32,000 bases of DNA, taken from contig BX248583.1 in NCBI GenBank assembly GCA_000043285.1, positions 1-32,000 on the forward strand, given 5' to 3'. Below, piece after piece: positions 14,001-24,706 of the stretch. A model generated the notes under the pieces. That model was given only the letters and a program-made list of their open reading frames with translations, ran no database searches and was not told the origin of the DNA. Source of the stretch: Candidatus Blochmanniella floridana. GTDB lineage: Bacteria > Pseudomonadota > Gammaproteobacteria > Enterobacterales > Enterobacteriaceae. Every line of letters begins with the position of its first letter. Within the stretch, counting starts at the first letter, position 1. The position numbers and the translations under genes are program-made.

Positions 14001-14326
14001 AATTTTTTCAGTTCTTCAATTAAATTATTATTTGTTAAAGAGAGAATTTGTTTGGAATGTACAGTTAAGATAAAATCTAAAGATAATAAATTATGTTTAT
14101 GTGTTCGAAAAGTCTCTCGAACATGTCGTTTAATTCTATTACGTTCGTGGGAGTGTTTAATGTATTTTTTTGAAATAGCTAATCCAATTCTAGGAAAATT
14201 TAATTTGTTAGATCTACTAAATAGAGTCATACTGTGTACTTTAATACGTTGTGGTTTTTGAAAAACAAAAAAAAATTCATTTATTTTTAACAATCGAACA
14301 CGTTTAGATAAATGATTTTTATTCAT
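13964..14326 (-). CDS. rnpA: ribonuclease P protein component
   Basis: The 120-aa basic protein carries the conserved RNR motif region (ERNRIKRHVRETFR). It lies directly downstream of rpmH as in nearly all bacteria. Confidence 0.92.
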   Translation of the reverse strand: MNKNHLSKRVRLLKINEFFFVFQKPQRIKVHSMTLFSRSNKLNFPRIGLAISKKYIKHSHERNRIKRHVRETFRTHKHNLLSLDFILTVHSKQILSLTNNNLIEELKKLWYHYQNYQQKS

Positions 14327-14373
14327 TTTAATTTAAAAAAATTAATTAGATTATGTTTAATTTTTTAAATTAT

Positions 14374-14514
14374 TTAAGAAGATACAATAAGGCGAATACG
14401 ACCTTTAGCTCGTCTTCTGGAAAGTATTTGTCTTCCATTCTGAGTAGACATTCTTAATCTAAAGCCATGAGTTCTATTTCTTTTTAACACGGAAGGTTGA
14501 TAGGTTCGTTTCAT
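14374..14514 (-). CDS. rpmH: 50S ribosomal protein L34
   Basis: This gene is not in the ORF track because it is too short. Manual translation of the minus strand from ATG (14514-14512) to TAA (14376-14374) gives the 46-aa product [46 protein letters not shown]. That is an unmistakable L34 sequence, and it sits upstream of rnpA. Confidence 0.96.
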   Translation of the reverse strand: MKRTYQPSVLKRNRTHGFRLRMSTQNGRQILSRRRAKGRIRLIVSS

Positions 14515-14730
14515 ATTTTATCAATTTTATCAATGTAATTAATCAGAAAATTTAATTAAAAATTGTAAATTAAAATACTGCAGTATGAAAATGTATGCTA
14601 TAGGATAATATAAATAAAGTCAAGAATGTTTGAGATTAAATCTATTATTATAATTAAGTAATATCGTTCATATGTGTATAATATATGATATTATTTTCAA
14701 TATTCAGTTAATATTTATCAAGTAGTGTTT

Positions 14731-15834
14731 ATGGATTTTTTTGTTGAAAGAAATGATATATATGCATCTTTACGTAAGGTTATTAATATTATAGATAGTA
14801 GATCTAGATTACCTATTTTAAAACATATTTTGTTAGATGTTTGTGATGATCGTTTATTTATAACTGCTACTGATTTAGAGATAGAAATTGTAGCTGAAAT
14901 ATTATTGGATAAAAAGTATATTGTTAATTCTGTTACTGTACCTGGTTATAAATTTTTTGAAATTTGTCAAAATTTACCTGAGAATTCAAAAATTCATATT
15001 TTATTACAAGAAAATAGATTTTTGATCAGTTCTGGTTGTAGTAATTTTGTTTTGTCGATATTGCCTGTGTTAGATTTCCCTAAAGTAAAAAAATATGAAA
15101 ATGAATCGTATATAACCATACCTCAATGTGTGTTAAAAAAGATGATTAAGTTAACTCAATTTTCTATGGGATATCAAGATTCTCGTTATTATTTAAATGG
15201 TATATGTCTAAAGACTGAGAAAAATACTATAAGTATGGTTTCAACTGATGGTTATCGTTTATCAATGTGTGAAGTTACGTCAAAATTGTTATTGCCGTTT
15301 CAGTCTGTAATTATACCTAGGAAGGGAGTGTTGGAAATTTTCAGTTTGTTAGGTAATGGGAAAGAATTGGTGAAAATGCAAGTATGTAATAATAATATTT
15401 ATATTAAAATGAATAATTATGTTATTCGTTCTAAATTAATTGATTCTGAATTTCCAGATTATAAAAAAATTTTTTTAAATCAACCAAAAATTTTTTTTGA
15501 AATTGATCGTATTGTATTAAAACATGCATTAAAGCGTGCATCTATTTTATCTAATGAAAAACTCCGTATTGTTAATTTTTATTTAACAAGTAATCAACTA
15601 AAAATAACTACTGATAATTTTAAAGAAGAAACATCTGAAGAAATTTTAAAAATATTATTTTCATATGAAAATATAAGTATATCTTTTAATGTAGATTATT
15701 TATTGGATGTAATAAATGTTGTAGATTCACAAATGTTAAAATTTTCGTTAATTAATACAGTATCTAGTGTACAAATTGAAGGAGTGCCAAAGTATTATGG
15801 ATCAATTTATATTATAATGCCGGTTAAAGTATAA
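14731..15834 (+). CDS. dnaN: DNA polymerase III beta sliding clamp
   Basis: About 367 aa, of E. coli DnaN length, with three-domain colinearity (VERNDIYASLRKV..., TDGYRLS, SKLIDSEFPDYKKI, final IIMPVKV cf. E. coli YVVMPMRL). The ATG at 14731 is preferred. The ORF track starts 2 codons earlier at GTG 14725. Confidence 0.94.
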   Translation: MDFFVERNDIYASLRKVINIIDSRSRLPILKHILLDVCDDRLFITATDLEIEIVAEILLDKKYIVNSVTVPGYKFFEICQNLPENSKIHILLQENRFLISSGCSNFVLSILPVLDFPKVKKYENESYITIPQCVLKKMIKLTQFSMGYQDSRYYLNGICLKTEKNTISMVSTDGYRLSMCEVTSKLLLPFQSVIIPRKGVLEIFSLLGNGKELVKMQVCNNNIYIKMNNYVIRSKLIDSEFPDYKKIFLNQPKIFFEIDRIVLKHALKRASILSNEKLRIVNFYLTSNQLKITTDNFKEETSEEILKILFSYENISISFNVDYLLDVINVVDSQMLKFSLINTVSSVQIEGVPKYYGSIYIIMPVKV

Positions 15835-16092
15835 TTTTAATAATTATAATTATATATGTGGTTAATGTTTAATGGTAATGTTATTAGTGATACGAATGGT
15901 TTGTTGAAATAAATAAATTGTAAATGGTGTGTGTATTAAGTAATAGAGAAGTATATAAATTACTGTAATATGAATAGTATTATACTATAACTGATAAATG
16001 ATTGAATAAATACTGTGTTAGTTTTGATTGTTAAAGAAATTTATTTTATATAAAATGTATATGTTATTATTATAATAATAAATAGGGTTTGA

Positions 16093-18516
<2,424 letters not shown>

Positions 18517-18764
18517 ATAATGATTTGAATGAAATAATTGTTCATTTTATTAAAATAGTACACGAAAGAATTTTTCAGAGATTATTTTTGTAATATCAAG
18601 TAAATTTTTAATTATAATTTAAAACTATATAGATTGAAGATTGTAATATATTATATGTATTTAAAATATAGTATTATATGTTATAATAATATTATATATT
18701 AATTTATAGTTCAGTATAGTATATGTTATTGTTTGGTTTTAAAAATTGTAATTAGGAGTATTAT

Positions 18765-19175
18765 ATGAGAAATTTTGATTTTTCACCTTTGTATGGTTCT
18801 GTTATAGGTTTTGATAGATTAGTGAATTTTTTAGAAATAGGCCAGAGTGATGGTAATTATCCTCCTTATAACGTTGAATTGGTTAGTGAACATAAGTATT
18901 GTATTTCTATTGTGGTTGCTGGTTTTATGAATGATGAATTGGATATTACTACACAAGATAATACTTTAATAATAAAAGGTACTCATGCTGATTCGTATCA
19001 AGATTCTAAAAATTATTTGTATCAAGGTATTACAGAGCATGATTTTGAAAGAAAATTTCAATTAGCTGAACATATTCAAATAACTGGAGCGAATTTAGAA
19101 CGAGGTATTTTGTATATACATTTAACTCGTGTATTGCCAGATACATTAAAACCAAAACGTATAGAGATTAAATGA
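18765..19175 (+). CDS. ibpA: small heat shock protein IbpA (alpha-crystallin family)
   Basis: 136 aa. [19 protein letters not shown]...[23 protein letters not shown]...[37 protein letters not shown]...KPKRIEIK is near-colinear with E. coli IbpA. The SD AGGAG at 18754-18758 lies 6 nt upstream of the ATG. Confidence 0.95.
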   Translation: MRNFDFSPLYGSVIGFDRLVNFLEIGQSDGNYPPYNVELVSEHKYCISIVVAGFMNDELDITTQDNTLIIKGTHADSYQDSKNYLYQGITEHDFERKFQLAEHIQITGANLERGILYIHLTRVLPDTLKPKRIEIK

Positions 19176-19250
19176 AATATAGATAATGGTGATTGATATT
19201 TTTTGTTGTTGAATTACGTTATTTATAATAATTATAGTAATATAGATAAG

Positions 19251-19299
19251 ATCACGGGGGTTTTGATATAAAAATAGACTCCTGTGATTTCAGTTTTTT
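19251..19299 (+). terminator. candidate rho-independent terminator downstream of ibpA
   Basis: The stem pairs ATCACGGG (19251-19258) with CCTGTGAT (19281-19288), including one G-U. It can be extended with wobble pairs (GGTTT / ATAGACT region). TTCAGTTTTTT with a T6 run at 19294-19299 follows. It is one of the very few G/C-containing hairpins in any spacer of this window, and it lies between convergent ibpA and the 19346-20356 gene. Confidence 0.55.
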
Positions 19300-19345
19300 A
19301 TGGTATATGGACGTATATTGTAGTTTTTAATTTAATAAACATTAA

Positions 19346-20356
19346 TTAAATAAATTTTTTGAATCGTAATTCGATTTTTAAGTATGCGTAAAAGATAGGG
19401 GCAGCAATTAATCCTTCTATACCGAAAATTGATTCTAGGAATATCATGGCAAGTATTAATTCCCATGTATTAGAATTAATTCTATTACCGATGATTTCAG
19501 CGTTGAGAAAATATTCTAATTTATGAATTAGAATTAAATATAATAGCATTATTAGACCTATACTTAATGAAACAGATAACGCAGAGATAGTAATGATAAT
19601 ATTGGAGATTAAGTTACCTATTATTGGTAATAATCCAAGTATAAAGGTAAGGATAATGAGAGTTTTAGCTAAAGGAATAGATTGATTTAATAATGGAAGT
19701 ATTGTAAAAATCATGATAGATGTTAGTAGTGTGTTGATAGAAGAAATTTGTATCTGAGCAAATACAATATTATGAAATGCTTGAGAAAGATTATATATTC
19801 GTTGTAATAATTGTGTAATAAAATAGGTATTTTGAATATATTTATTAGTGTGTTTAGGAAAGGATATAATAGTTCCCAGTATTAATCCTAAAATTAATGT
19901 AATACATCCATGTAAAATAGTGTGGCTCATATTTTTAATAAGAATAATATTAAGTTCAATCCAGGAAAATACTTGATCTTTTAGTTCTGAAGTTGTATTT
20001 GGTAAAAATTTAGGAAAAGAGTAAGGAACTTGTTTTTTTAAATCAGAGAAAATACGATTAATTTCGCTAGAGATGTTAATTTTATTAATGTCTTCTATAA
20101 GAAAGTTTGTACAACTCATAATTCCTATAATTATTATTAATGAGATAGTTGTAATGATAACGGTAATAGAAAGCCAACGAGAATAATAATGTCCAATAAA
20201 TCGTTCAAAAAATGATGAACATGATATTATGATTTCATAAATTAAAAATCCAGAAAAAAAGCAAGGAAAGAGACCTAACGGGATTATTGCTATAACACCC
20301 ATTCCTATTATTATATAAGAGATTATCGTAGTCCATGTTTTAGGGTTTAATGCCAT
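19346..20356 (-). CDS. polytopic inner-membrane protein, probable AI-2E / PerM (UPF0118) family transporter
   Basis: 336 aa with about 7-8 hydrophobic helices. The motif LGLLPIIGNLISNIIITISAL resembles the family IP.IG......P block. The C-terminal FGIEGLIAAPIFYAYLK resembles the FG..G...A.P tail of PerM/YhhT/TqsA-type proteins. The family call is from remembered motifs only, and the exact orthologue is unknown. Confidence 0.55.
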   Translation of the reverse strand: MALNPKTWTTIISYIIIGMGVIAIIPLGLFPCFFSGFLIYEIIISCSSFFERFIGHYYSRWLSITVIITTISLIIIIGIMSCTNFLIEDINKINISSEINRIFSDLKKQVPYSFPKFLPNTTSELKDQVFSWIELNIILIKNMSHTILHGCITLILGLILGTIISFPKHTNKYIQNTYFITQLLQRIYNLSQAFHNIVFAQIQISSINTLLTSIMIFTILPLLNQSIPLAKTLIILTFILGLLPIIGNLISNIIITISALSVSLSIGLIMLLYLILIHKLEYFLNAEIIGNRINSNTWELILAMIFLESIFGIEGLIAAPIFYAYLKIELRFKKFI

Positions 20357-20793
20357 TTATTTATTTTATATGTATGAAGATTTATTTGTGAGTATATATA
20401 ATTTTTTAGTTATATTTTTAGGTTTTATGAATGATATATGACTTTTATATACAAAATATGTTTATTTAAATTAGGATATAATAATCATGTAGTTAAGCAT
20501 TGAATTAATTTAATAAGTTTAATCTATAATATGGAATTCCTGGTAAAATAAATATATATATAGTATATGAGAATTTAAGGTCACAAACAATGTATTTATT
20601 AGAAATGGATATTATTATTAAATTAATATTTCGTTTTGTATATATCTATATATGATATATTATTTAATTTAATTTAATGAAATTGTCGTTATATATAAGT
20701 TTGATGGTGATGAGATATGATTACATATTGTTATGTTATTATAAATAAATAATTTAATCGTGATTATTAATAATAAAATTAAATGAATATTTA

Positions 20794-21699
20794 ATGTATA
20801 ACGTTAAAACATTGCAAGGTTTGATACATACTTTGGAAAAGTATTGGATTGGTTGTGGGTGTATTATAATGCAACCGTTGGATATGGAAGTAGGGGCCGC
20901 TACTTCGCATCCAATAACGTTTTTTAGAGCTATTGGACCAGAACCAATAGCTGTAGCATATACTCAAGCATCTCGTCGTCCGTCTGATAGTAGATATGCT
21001 CAAAATCTAAATCGATTACAACAATATTATCAATTTCAGGTAATAATTAAACCTTCTCCTAAAAATATGTCTCAATTATATTTAAATTCTTTGGAAGAAA
21101 TTGGAATAGATTGTTCAAAGAATGATATAAGGTTTATTGAGGATAATTGGGAAAATCCTACATTAGGAGCGTATGGGTTAGGTTGGGAGATATGGTTAAA
21201 TGGAATGGAAATCACTCAATTTACTTATTTTCAAAAAGTAGGTGGATTAGAATGTTTTCCTGTTACCGGGGAAATAACTTATGGATTAGAAAGGTTAGGT
21301 TTGTTTATTCAAGATGTAGATAATGTATATGATTTAGTTTGGGGTGATACTGTTACTAATCATATTACGTATAAGGATTTGTATTATTCTAATGAATTAG
21401 AGCAATCTATTTATAATTGTGAATATTCTAATGTTGATTTTTTATTTAATATTTTTAATCAATATGAAAATGAAATTAATTATTTAGTTAAATTAAATAG
21501 TCCTTTAATTATTCCATCTTATGAGAGAATTTTAAAATTGATACATATTTTTAATTTATTAGATGCTAGGAAAGTTATTTCTATTACGGAACGTAAAAAT
21601 TATATTTTACGTATTCAAAGATTATCTTATATAATAGCAGAAATTTATTATTTAATGCGTAAGAATTTAGGATTTCCTATGTGTATTAGTAAAGTATAA
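20794..21699 (+). CDS. glyQ: glycine--tRNA ligase alpha subunit
   Basis: 301 aa. [12 protein letters not shown]...[87 protein letters not shown] are near-identical blocks to E. coli GlyQ. Confidence 0.98.
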   Translation: MYNVKTLQGLIHTLEKYWIGCGCIIMQPLDMEVGAATSHPITFFRAIGPEPIAVAYTQASRRPSDSRYAQNLNRLQQYYQFQVIIKPSPKNMSQLYLNSLEEIGIDCSKNDIRFIEDNWENPTLGAYGLGWEIWLNGMEITQFTYFQKVGGLECFPVTGEITYGLERLGLFIQDVDNVYDLVWGDTVTNHITYKDLYYSNELEQSIYNCEYSNVDFLFNIFNQYENEINYLVKLNSPLIIPSYERILKLIHIFNLLDARKVISITERKNYILRIQRLSYIIAEIYYLMRKNLGFPMCISKV

Positions 21700-21724
21700 T
21701 GTGTGTATTTGGATAGTATGATAT

Positions 21725-23710
21725 ATGTTAAAACATATTTTTTTGGTAGCAATTGGTATTGATGAATTGCCTTCTAAGTTTGTAAAGAAATTAGGACAAG
21801 ATTTTTATTATCATATTATAAATGAGTTTAAAAAAAATAATATTTACTATAAAAAAACGTATTGGTTTTCTGCTCCTCGTCATTTAGCCGTTCAATCAGA
21901 AATATCAATTATAGAGAATCAAGATTTATCTATGTTTTGTGAAAAAAATGTAGACTTTGTTAATAGTGTAAATGATTTTATAAAAAATAAAAGTTTAAAT
22001 TTATTATTAATTAATATTATTAATAATGCTTTAAATAGATTGGTTCATTATGAAATGATGCGATGGAGTAGTGTAAATACTTCGTTTGTTCGTCCTGTCA
22101 ATACTGTGACAGTATTGTTAGATACTAATTTGGTACAAGGAAATATATTTGAAACAGAAATAGATCGTATAATATATGGGCATAGGTATGTAAAAAATAA
22201 TAAAATTATTCTTGGTCATGCAAAGGATTATCCATCTATTTTAAGTAAACAAGGTTGCATAATAGTAGATTATCAAGTACGTAAAGAAACTATACGACTC
22301 GCTGTAAAAGAGCAAGCATCAAAAATAGGTGGAGCGATAGATGAGCGTGATGAGAAATTTTTAGATGAAATTACTTCTCTTGTGGAATGGCCTGTTGTGT
22401 TGTGTGGAAAATTTAATAAAAGATTTTTAGAGTTACCGAATGAATTAATTATTCATATTATGAAATGTAATCAAAAATATTTTCCTGTATATGATCAAAA
22501 GAGTATAAATATATTATTACCTTATTTTATTGTTGTGGTGAATACCATTACAAATGATTATAGTAAGATTATTGCTGGACATGAAAATATCATTAAGATG
22601 CGTCTGATGGATGCAGAATATTTCATAAAGAAAGATAGCAGATATCGTTTAATAGATTATATACCTAAACTAAAGTCTATTGTATTTCATAGTAAGTTAG
22701 GTAGTATTTTGGATAAGGTCAATCGTATAACAGAGTTAGCTGGTTGGATAGCAGAGCAAATTCATGAAGATATAATAGATAGTAAACGAGCTGCTTATTT
22801 ATGTAAGTGTGATTTAGTAACTGATGTAGTGTTAGAGTTTCCTGAAGTGCAAGGTATAATAGGTATGTATTATGCTCGTCGTGATAGAGAATCAGAAAAA
22901 GTTGCGATAGCTCAAAAAGAACATTACCAACCAAAGTATGTTACAGATAAATTACCTATGGAATGTATTTCTTGTATAGTATCTATTGCAGATAGAATAG
23001 ATACTATATCCGGTATATTTGGTATTCAGGAATTTCCTACAGGTAGTAGGGATCCATTTGGATTAAAGCGAGCTGCTACTGGTATATTAAATATTTTTAT
23101 TCAAAAAAAAATATCTTTAAATTTATTAAATTTAATACATAAATCAGTGATGTTATATGGACCGAAGTTAATTAATGTAGAGGATATAAAAAATCATATA
23201 TATAGTTTTATGTGCAAACGTTTAGGTTTGTATTATTATTCATTAGGTTATAAGAAAAACATAGTAAAATCAGTTTTAAATACTGATATATCTAATATAG
23301 CATATTGTAATGATCGTATTGATACTATAAATAGTTTTTATAACATGAAAATAGTAGAATGTGCTATGATCAATACGTTGTATAAACGTATTTCAAATAT
23401 ATTAAAGAATCAAAAGATTTATCATTGTAAGATAGAGGATGTAGACGTTACAATTTTGTTATATAAAGATATGAGGTTATTTGAGAAAATAACGGAATTT
23501 GACAGAACAATACGATTATTATTTGATAAAAATTGTTATGATATTATTTTAGAAGAAATGGTTAATTTATCTAAGTTGACGCATAATTTTATTGACACTG
23601 TTTTGATATTACATGATGATCAATTAATAAAAACAAATCGATTGATTTTATTGAATGTTATTAAAAAATTAATTTATACTGTTGTTGATATTTCAGTTCT
23701 GTGCAATTAA
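21725..23710 (+). CDS. glyS: glycine--tRNA ligase beta subunit
   Basis: 661 aa, immediately downstream of glyQ. Conserved blocks are TPRRLAV-like APRHLAV, LVEWPVVLCGKF, PNELIIHIMKCNQKYFPV, EFPEVQGIIGMYYA and SRDPFGLKRAA. It is about 28 aa shorter than the E. coli protein (length from memory). The last 9 codons plus the stop lie inside the inverted repeat at 23682-23759. Confidence 0.95.
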   Translation: MLKHIFLVAIGIDELPSKFVKKLGQDFYYHIINEFKKNNIYYKKTYWFSAPRHLAVQSEISIIENQDLSMFCEKNVDFVNSVNDFIKNKSLNLLLINIINNALNRLVHYEMMRWSSVNTSFVRPVNTVTVLLDTNLVQGNIFETEIDRIIYGHRYVKNNKIILGHAKDYPSILSKQGCIIVDYQVRKETIRLAVKEQASKIGGAIDERDEKFLDEITSLVEWPVVLCGKFNKRFLELPNELIIHIMKCNQKYFPVYDQKSINILLPYFIVVVNTITNDYSKIIAGHENIIKMRLMDAEYFIKKDSRYRLIDYIPKLKSIVFHSKLGSILDKVNRITELAGWIAEQIHEDIIDSKRAAYLCKCDLVTDVVLEFPEVQGIIGMYYARRDRESEKVAIAQKEHYQPKYVTDKLPMECISCIVSIADRIDTISGIFGIQEFPTGSRDPFGLKRAATGILNIFIQKKISLNLLNLIHKSVMLYGPKLINVEDIKNHIYSFMCKRLGLYYYSLGYKKNIVKSVLNTDISNIAYCNDRIDTINSFYNMKIVECAMINTLYKRISNILKNQKIYHCKIEDVDVTILLYKDMRLFEKITEFDRTIRLLFDKNCYDIILEEMVNLSKLTHNFIDTVLILHDDQLIKTNRLILLNVIKKLIYTVVDISVLCN

Positions 23711-23759
23711 ACATATGAATACTCATATGTTTAATTGCACAGAACTGAAATATCAACAA
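23682..23759. repeat. perfect inverted repeat (37-bp arms, 4-nt spacer) between convergent glyS and sodA; probable bidirectional terminator/cruciform-forming element
   Basis: The left arm is 23682-23718, TTGTTGATATTTCAGTTCTGTGCAATTAAACATATGA. The spacer is ATAC (23719-22). The right arm, 23723-23759, is the exact reverse complement (checked base by base). The left arm contains the glyS codons (V)VDISVLCN plus TAA. The right arm ends 6 nt before the sodA stop codon (23766-68). Confidence 0.9.
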
Positions 23760-23765
23760 TTAAAT

Positions 23766-24389
23766 TTAGCATAGTCTATTAGATACTTCATTCCAATCTA
23801 CTATATTCCAAAAAGCTTGAACATAATCTAAGCGCCTGTTTTGGTATTGTAAATAATAAGCATGCTCCCATACATCTAATCCAAGTAATAGGTGTATATT
23901 GGTATTATTTTCTTCATATAAATAATCCAATTTCATTAGTGGATTGTCTTGATTTGCAGTGGAAATAATTTTTAGATCATCATTATGTTGTATTAACCAT
24001 ATCCATCCTGATCCAAAACGACTCATCGCAGTTGTCTCGAACTTTTTTTTAAAATTATCAACACTTGAAAAAGCATTTTCTATTTTTCTTTTTAATGATC
24101 CTTGCAGTATAGTTCCATATTTTAAAGATTTCCAAAATAAACTATGATTAATGTGTCCTCCTCCATTATTTCGTAATAAATTTCTTTTTTCTTTGGGAAT
24201 GGAATTTAAATTTTGCATCAGTTCTTCTATGGAGAGATGGGAAAATTCTTGTAATGTAGATAGAGCAGAGTTTGTGTTATCAATATATGTTTGATGATGT
24301 TTAGTATGATGAATTCTCATAGTTTTTTCATCAAAAAAAGGTTCTAGTGAATCGTAAGAATAAGATAATTTAGGTAAAACAAAATTCAT
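23766..24389 (-). CDS. sodA: superoxide dismutase [Mn]
   Basis: 207 aa. [53 protein letters not shown] and [18 protein letters not shown] are classic Fe/Mn-SOD motifs, closest in pattern to E. coli SodA. The SD GAGAGGA lies about 8 nt upstream of the ATG on the minus strand. Confidence 0.95.
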   Translation of the reverse strand: MNFVLPKLSYSYDSLEPFFDEKTMRIHHTKHHQTYIDNTNSALSTLQEFSHLSIEELMQNLNSIPKEKRNLLRNNGGGHINHSLFWKSLKYGTILQGSLKRKIENAFSSVDNFKKKFETTAMSRFGSGWIWLIQHNDDLKIISTANQDNPLMKLDYLYEENNTNIHLLLGLDVWEHAYYLQYQNRRLDYVQAFWNIVDWNEVSNRLC

Positions 24390-24706
24390 AATAATATCCT
24401 CTCATCATATAAATAATTCAAATAAATTTACTCATAGATATATAACTACTCTTGGAAATAATTATACTTTTTAAAAATACACATGTAAAGTATATTTAAT
24501 TATACATGCATTGTTGACACGTGATATAGAGTTAACAATACTGATATATGTTATGTGTAATAAGTTTATTATTTATATATAATTGTATTAAATATATTAT
24601 ATTTTAGTTGTGTATTTTGTATATGCATATATTATTAGATATAAGAATGTTAATGAGTATTAATACTCGTGATATATAGTATGTGTATATATGTATACTT
24701 TTTAAT

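Noticed and set aside
14052-14261. 69-aa plus-strand ORF inside rnpA
   Set aside because: It is antisense to rnpA, with no motif and no RBS. It is a shadow ORF.
14516-14533. Tandem TTTTATCAA TTTTATCAA next to the rpmH start, superficially DnaA-box-like (TTATCCACA)
   Set aside because: Each copy matches the consensus at only 6 of 9 positions and lacks the critical CCACA core. Repeats like this are trivial in AT-rich spacers. With no dnaA at the locus there is no reason to read it as a functional box.
18528-18546. AATGAA-N7-TTCATT hairpin after gyrB, and a similar ATTCAT...ATGAAT hairpin after atpC (about 8879-8909)
   Set aside because: The stems are 6 bp and almost purely A/T with large loops. 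They are far too unstable to call intrinsic terminators.
18634-18659. TTGAA-N12-TTATATGTA upstream of ibpA as a possible sigma-32 promoter
   Set aside because: The -10 element lacks the CCCC part of CCCCATNTA and the spacing is short. It is indistinguishable from random AT-rich sequence without TSS data.
18678-18696. ATGTTATAATAATATTAT upstream of ibpA, resembling half of a Zur box
   Set aside because: Only one half-site (ATGTTATAA) matches and the second half is not the inverted complement. This is the expected background in a spacer of roughly 90 percent A+T.
20791-21003. 70-aa minus-strand ORF overlapping the 5-prime end of glyQ
   Set aside because: It is antisense to the most conserved part of glyQ. 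It is a shadow ORF.
22719-22934. 71-aa minus-strand ORF inside glyS
   Set aside because: It is antisense to glyS, with L/Y/H-rich low complexity and no similarity to anything I recognise.
23959-24147. 62-aa plus-strand ORF inside sodA
   Set aside because: It is antisense to sodA. It is a shadow ORF.
24514-24542. TTGACA-N17-AATACT upstream of prlC (and a similar TTGACA at 1941) as sigma-70 promoters
   Set aside because: These are not disproved, but hexamer matches alone are too weak in this composition to report as features. They are mentioned only as candidates for TSS mapping.
24655-24668. Perfect 14-bp palindrome GAGTATTAATACTC about 40 nt upstream of the prlC start
   Set aside because: Palindromes with 7-bp arms are expected dozens of times by chance in 32 kb at this base composition. 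It matches no known operator consensus.
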